From assembly GCF_000150275.1 (NCBI RefSeq), contig NW_002060953.1:1670254-1734253 (forward strand): a stretch of DNA of 64,000 nucleotides. The letters are read 5' to 3'. The notes below the pieces were generated by a model. That model made no database searches and was not told the DNA's origin. It was given only the letters and a program-made list of their open reading frames with translations. The position numbers and the translations under genes are program-made. Below are positions 57,401 to 64,000 of this stretch, one piece after another. The first letter of the stretch is position 1, and every line of letters begins with the position of its first letter. This DNA comes from Trichoplax adhaerens (taxonomy: Eukaryota; Animalia; Placozoa).

Positions 57401-57749
57401 GTCGAACGGTAATACTATCTGTTAATTATTAACAAATGAGTACATTATCGTAAACCTTCAGCAAAGCGACGTGAATTGTACTAGTATAAATTAAACCTAG
57501 CCTGAAGAACTAATGTTGGCCGAATTAGCCTAACCATTACAAATGATTCTTTACTAGCACATTTTGCATACGTAACCGCGTGTTGCAAATAGTCGATTGC
57601 ATGACATACAACTACTTCGTTGATAAGACGCTAAATGTCTCAAAGTCTAACATAGATACATAGGCGTCTATCCTAATAATCTGCCTATCTCATGATATTT
57701 TGTAACGAAACTAAGTATTGTGAAAATAGACTTTTAGTCACGTTAGTGA

Positions 57750-59140
57750 GATGTACGGAAGCATAACTTTCTATATCCATCTTAAGACGTATTTGGTAGC
57801 ATGGACGGTAATGGTAGATTCTATGCTATAGTACAGCTGACTATATATAGTAAGGTTTTGAGTTACTATTAAGGTTAGAGGTAAAAATAAAACTGTAATT
57901 CATATATTAGAATATGCTTAGTTTACCTTACTTTGGCTGCTAAGAATAATATTCAGGGCAATACTGTAGTTGTTTCCACATCGGGTTAATGATGATCTGC
58001 TGTAACTTCAACTTCTAGATTGTAATTCAAGCCTATACAAAGCTTTAATTTCCTCAGATGACTATCGATTTTCGCCCTTTCGAGGAACTTGTGCCAAATT
58101 AGCTATAGCATTATTTAATACATAACTTTATTAATGAATCTACTATACAAATGAATCTCAATTCTAGGGATTACTAAGCCTTAGCTTAGAAAAGTGAATT
58201 AACGTCACAATCCACATTTTACTTTTTAAAAATTCGTATAAGCTGTTATGGTAAATTGATCCACTTAATAACGTAATCATGGCCCTTTTACGCATAACGG
58301 AGGTCGGAACAACCTTAACTTAAACAGAATTAAATGGCCAAAAAGCTTGAAATACCCTAGGATATTAATTTTTATAAACCGTGTCGTAGAATTTAAAGTC
58401 GCTTTACTGAATTCTACCGAACAAAATCGTCATTTTGGATTAATGATATTTATGACTCGAAAAAATCCTTGTTTGGCTCTTTCTTAAACTGTAAATTCTT
58501 ACGTTGCAATATTTTACATTATTTGATTTATTTGTACTTAGCCAACTCATGCTAGAAATCATCCAAATCTAAATCTTTGAAAGAGATGGTTGGTGATATA
58601 CGAGAAGTATCATGTTTATAAGAAATAATATTAGCCAATCTATTGGAAATCTGAATCTTATACGATTAATATTAGTAAATATGATAATTCAAACCAATTA
58701 TACTGGCTACATTTTAATACATCTAATAAGTAATATAATACTTGATTTTGTATACAATGGTCTTATAAGTATTTGACGACTGTCCTAAGTTACCCTGAGT
58801 TACCAGCTTAGAGTTGCAATATGATATGATTAGGTATTTGTAATGTAACTAGTATTGTTATTGTAGACTGCTAGTCATGTTTAGTATAATGTACGGTAGA
58901 TATTATCCTAAGATATATTTGGTAGCTAGAACTATAGACTGTAGTGGTAGAGACTCTATGCTAGAGTACAGATGACTATATACAGTAAGCTGTTGAGTTA
59001 CTAATATAGCTATAGGTAAAAATAGAACTGTAAATCATATATTAGGATATGGTTAATTCATTATACTTTGGCTGGTGTGAATAATATCTACGTAAGTACT
59101 GTAGTCGTATCCATATTGGATTAATGATGGTCCGCAGTAG
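57750..59140. repeat. Dispersed direct repeat pair (~57750-58004 and ~58890-59140)
   Basis: Collinear blocks ATTTGGTAGC...CTATGCTA.AGTACAG.TGACTATATA.AGTAAG...GGTAAAAATA.AACTGTAA.TCATATATTAG...TTAATGATG in both copies, roughly 80% identical by eye. Confidence 0.8.
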
Positions 59141-60204
59141 AATAATCTTACTAAGAATAATTTAACTAAGTGTAAAATAAGGTAAAAGGTGCCATGCGGA
59201 TTGTAGCTGCGAATGCTACGAAAAGTATAAAAGCATGCAACTTTAGATTATTCTGTTAGTTCGTTCTAGAAGTCTTTAGTAGTAGTAATCGGCTAGAGTA
59301 GAGCTGTGTGTAGTTAATCTTTGTATAAGATTCAATAAAGTCCTTATTTTTCTAAATTTTGGAATTTCGTGATTGGGATATATCACAGTATTAAACTATA
59401 TTTTATATCCATTCCAAATATCAACAATACAATTATGAGTAGATTCATTTTATTACTACAGCAGAACAGAACCAAAGGATAATATTTGTCACTCAACCAA
59501 TATAAGAACGATAGCTAGAGTATTCTTCAAGGATTTTAAGGTAGTATTATCAAATATTTGTATGGGATAAACATAAACCATTAGCGCATTAAAACTTAAA
59601 ATATATTATAATTTAGAAGTCTTAAAATTATTTTAGTGATAGTGTTATTTAATCATTACAATTTAGAAAATAAAAAATTGCAATCAAGTTCGAACTAAGG
59701 GGTAATCCTTAAAAATTAATTTACAGCCAAAAATTAAAAGTAATACGAAAATAACTAAATTTGTTTCTTGAATGTCGTCATTTTATTTTGCTCAAGCTAT
59801 TTCCCGTCTGAGTAGATCTTGCTTGCAAAACTTGACGTATTGAATGATCTAATCGATTTATTACTTCGATAAAACCAATTAGAAATACTCCCGGATACAG
59901 AGTTCCTTTGATTTTATCAGTTTCTATTCGCTGATTGATTGTCCTTGGTTCCATTATTTGCCCCGAAAGAGAAATTTTCATTGATAATTTACCTAAACTA
60001 ATGAATAACATTTAAGAATATTTAAATCTACCAAGATGATTCTGTTGGTGTACTAAAAATCAATATAATGTCAAATTTTTATTCTTAATTTACAAAAATC
60101 TACTAGCACTTAAGTGGCCGTAACTTTCTTCAAAGTATGAAACTCAACTATTGCATTACAAGGAAGCGAATGTAAGGAAGGTAATTAGAAAACTAGAAAA
60201 TAAA

Positions 60205-61609
60205 TTACTTAACACTCACGAAATCTTTCACAATATCTTTCCTGTCAATTGCAATAAGCACTTTTACTAAAGCTTCAGTGGTTGCTTCATTACCGGACAT
60301 GTTATACCATTTGCTCAAGACCGCTTTTGCTCGATTGAAAACCACACTTTGCTCCTCTGCAATAACACCTACATCTATATTTTCGTTAAGCTTGCCCGCT
60401 AATCTAGTCCAGTCATTACCAATTTTGTCGGCGACAGTGTAAAAGTAGCCCTTCACATTAGCTAAAATTTCCATGAAATCATTTTGAAATAAGATTGGGT
60501 AAGATTAATTTCAATTAGATACTTTAGCGGTATTTCTAGAAGCAAGATTGAACAAATGTAGCTATCCCTTAAACTTGTCTAATTATATTATCAATCCTTA
60601 TATGTCTTGAATTTGCATGATTTCAGTGATAGAAGCTTAATACAGTAATTAATATTAAACATCGATACCAAAATCACTCAGATGTACTTGTTATCGTAAT
60701 CTAACCTGACAATGTTGATTCTACTTCCATCGGTGAGTCAACTGTATGAATAGAGATCATATTAAATTTAGATCACTTACTTGGAATTCATGTATGAACT
60801 GAACATTTTACGTTGTATATTGCTTAAATTTATAGTAGCGCTATAACTTAATTTCCTTGAAAGAAATACTAACCAACATCTTGTCCATTAGGATCTATGA
60901 TTAGTGAGATCGTTGATAGATTTTAATCCATATTTAACAAATCAGATCAGTATTAATAAATAGCTCATAGTATTTCTTTAGTAATTAGTATAATCTAGTA
61001 TTATCAGGGCTACAATAATCATTATACTTTCTATCAGTAGCTATCTCTAATATTACTTCCTTGCTTGCAAACAAGAAGGACAAGCTAGATTCAATAAATT
61101 AACTTACTTGTTCGGTGATCTTTCCGTACTAGCTTGATAGGCGTTCCTGCAATTATGAAATCAATTAGTTTAGGTATAGACCACTAATATATAAAATTGG
61201 CAATTCTAGTAATAAATATAGATCAATTTAATTAGGAAGGGTTAGAGTTCACTTATCAATATAGCACTATTATATTATTCATGCAATAATATTCACTTCA
61301 ATTGAAAGATTGTTTACCTTTAGCATCATCCTGTAGTTTAGCACCGAAAGATTTCACAACATTAACACCATTGCTTTTAAGTAAGTCACAAAACGTATAA
61401 AAATCCTCTTCTGCACGTTCTTCCATTAAGATTTCTAATAGCCTTCCATTCATATCTTCTGTGTGGGTTAAAGCTTTGATATCCGTCACTTGTCTTGTAC
61501 TCAATATCTTTTTCATTTTGAGCCTAGTAAACAATTCTTGGATAGGAACAATTTTAAGGAATTGATCACTATTTTTATCCAATGCAGCCTGAATGTCTGG
61601 ATTGTCCAT
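60205..61609 (-). CDS. CARD-linker-Death domain adaptor, ~214 aa
   Basis: Exons 61318-61609 (CARD), 61108-61146, 60874-60894, 60706-60741 and 60205-60461 (DD: IGNDWTRLAGKL...LIAIDRKDIVKDF). Phase-1 introns, total 645 nt. The linker contains GQDVVDSP. Confidence 0.87.
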
Positions 61610-61789
61610 GCTGGATCTATAACGATTACGTTTACTCCACGAAATTTTATCTGAGGTGAATGAAATAGAATTATTAACCACGATCAATATCAGTATGTCG
61701 AAAGCAAGATAAAGTTCTACATCTTTTCACTTTATTTTAAACGATAGAATCTTGACTTACTTAACTATTATTCGTTTCATTAGAGAATA

Positions 61790-62320
61790 TGATCAGATAA
61801 ACTAGGGTTAACTAAGTTGCTAACGCCATTCTTATTTTGTTTTGTGCAACAGGTTAATGATTCACTGCGATGCTTATGATGATGCCTAACATTGATTTTT
61901 ATTTTAAATCATTGAATCTTTATTTAATAAATGACTATTTGTTACTTTGAAATAATTTGATTCGATAAATTAGGGTATGATAAGTTACTAATGCTGTTGT
62001 TACTTCTCCTTGTACAACAGATTAATTTTTCGCTTCGATGCTTATTGGGCACTTACTTTACTTTAAACCACTGAATCTTTATTTATTAACTTAAACAATT
62101 GCATATTGCAATGAGAAGGTTACTCGATAAATTACGGTACTATAAGTTACTGATGAAGTTCTTGTATCTTTTTACGTTATTGCAAATCAATGAATCTTGA
62201 TTTAATTAACGGCCATCCCCACTATTACGAATGTGATTAGATAAACTAAGGTAAACTCTGCTGTTAATGTAGTTCTTACTTCTCTTTGCAATATAGATTG
62301 ATGGTTCATTTCAATGCCTA
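61790..62320. repeat. Degenerate tandem repeat (~4 copies) upstream of the last CARD-DD gene
   Basis: GATAAA(C/T)TA.GGT...TAAGTT.CT recurs near 61796, 61964, 62126 and 62240. Confidence 0.6.
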
Positions 62321-64000
62321 AAACGATAGCCATTATCATACTCATCGTAGTTAAACGTTGACTAAACATGCAGAAGATTAGCTTGAATATTTCCTAAAGG
62401 TTCATCATGCATCTTTCATAACTAGAATGATCATCGAGTAACGAAAAATATAATTTTGATCGAAATGCTTGCACTGCATTCAAGCAATAATCCAACCGAA
62501 AGTAAGCATAAAATTAGATCACTTCCAAAATTAGTTTACTAGCCCACCGAACCGCTAAAAAGGCATGACCATTTATGAAAGCCTTTCTAGCCCAACGAGA
62601 ACATCTTTGGTGATTGATTAGGATGAGTTCATGTTAGAAACAAGAAATAAAATCGCAATTCTGAATGATACTTACTGAATGCAAATCTCGATATCTCTTC
62701 CGGTTTGGCAACAAGATCAATGTGCGTCTTGCATCCACTGCTATTTTTAATGGAGTTTGCGTAGTCTTTATTAACGATGGCTTCCAGAGGCCTTTTTGAC
62801 GCGATAAAATGTCCTCTCTACTCTTTTTATAGCTAGTTACTACCTGTATGAAGCAATAGAGTAATGGAAACAAATGATTATTGAATAGAGATGAAGGAGG
62901 ATCTGCTCATAAATTATTCATGAAGGATTGACATAAGCAAGGGTGGTATAAACTTTCTATAGATTATTGATTCGCTGGACTAAAAAAAAGTTCAGGTAGA
63001 TCTTTATTCAAAGGCTAAGCAAAGAATTTCTTAGATACTTCACCTATCAATGCTAAAATTCTGGTGGATTCGATGATATTGCCTTCGAATGTGTAATATT
63101 GAAAACTGAATTTTGTAATGCTTATAACTACAGTAGATCTTAAAAGGCATGCTTATTCAAATATTATAATTTATGTACTGAAAATGCTCGTTCGCACTTT
63201 GCTAATTAAAATTTGAGCAAAGCATTTATGAAATTCGATCAGAACTCTTCCGTTACCTCTCATCTGCTATCTGAGAATCTGTTGTAACTGAGTTAGGCTC
63301 GGTAATTATTTCTTCTTAACATTTATCTAGAAAAAGCTAGTTTCATTCAATGAATAAACAGCCGTCACTAAACTATTTATTCCTTCTATTCCATAATTAT
63401 GCTGCATAATAATTCTTACAGTTTCCCGTATAATAACAGTTTGGTCTAATAGTAATATTTAAAGTACTCAATCTTAATAATCAATAAGTTTTTAAGCTAA
63501 GATTGTCTATCTTAAAATATCCCACTTCTGTTAAAATGGTAATTTAGCATGGACAGTATCTTTACGATCCTTGAATGTTATGGAATAAATTCAAGTTAAC
63601 CGAATAATTTACGGATAATCAAATAAAGAAATAGCTCTGGTTTGACTATGAAGTCTCTCTATTTTTTAAAAGTTAAAATTTAAATTTATAAGTGTGACAA
63701 TATATATATATTGTACGTTGTCGTAGGCAATATAATATATATTATCGGCATCGTAAGCTAACAAACTGAGGGGTACGAAAGTACAACAGAAGTATTACAC
63801 AACTATTCTATTTGATGTTATTCCCATAAAATAATTGTCTCAGGTAGAGAGAATTTTTTAATGGCTTTTTTAGTAGAGTTTAAAAATATTAAAGCCATAA
63901 TCAATTAGAAGAAAAATCTAGTTTAAAGAATCCTGAGCTCAGAAAAAGTAAAGCCTGGTCTCCAAGTACATCTTTGCAGTCTTAAATCCATGTTGTTAAA

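Overview
AT-rich eukaryotic (animal) genomic DNA with short GT-AG introns; the style suggests an early-branching metazoan such as a placozoan (inference only). The left third holds two tandem intronless class C GPCR genes (+), a ~17-exon ALG9 (-) and a multi-exon mitochondrial glutamyl-tRNA synthetase EARS2 (+). ALG9 and EARS2 are divergent and separated by a palindromic 34-bp minisatellite, and a decayed partial EARS2 copy follows the gene. The right two-thirds (24.8-61.6 kb) is a minus-strand tandem cluster of six death-fold genes that the ORF track shows only as fragments. Splicing by hand gives three RAIDD/CRADD-like CARD-linker-DD adaptors, one probable CARD-linker-CARD, one CARD gene truncated after its linker, and a ~628-aa protein with an unknown helical N-terminal domain, a coiled coil and a C-terminal DD. 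The modules are joined by phase-1 introns. The otherwise divergent linkers carry a DxxD caspase-type site (DEVD, DVVD x3, DSHD, possibly DCQD), and in four genes it is formed across a micro-exon junction. This suggests an exon-shuffled family of caspase-cleavable death-fold adaptors. All gene models are manual predictions without transcript evidence.
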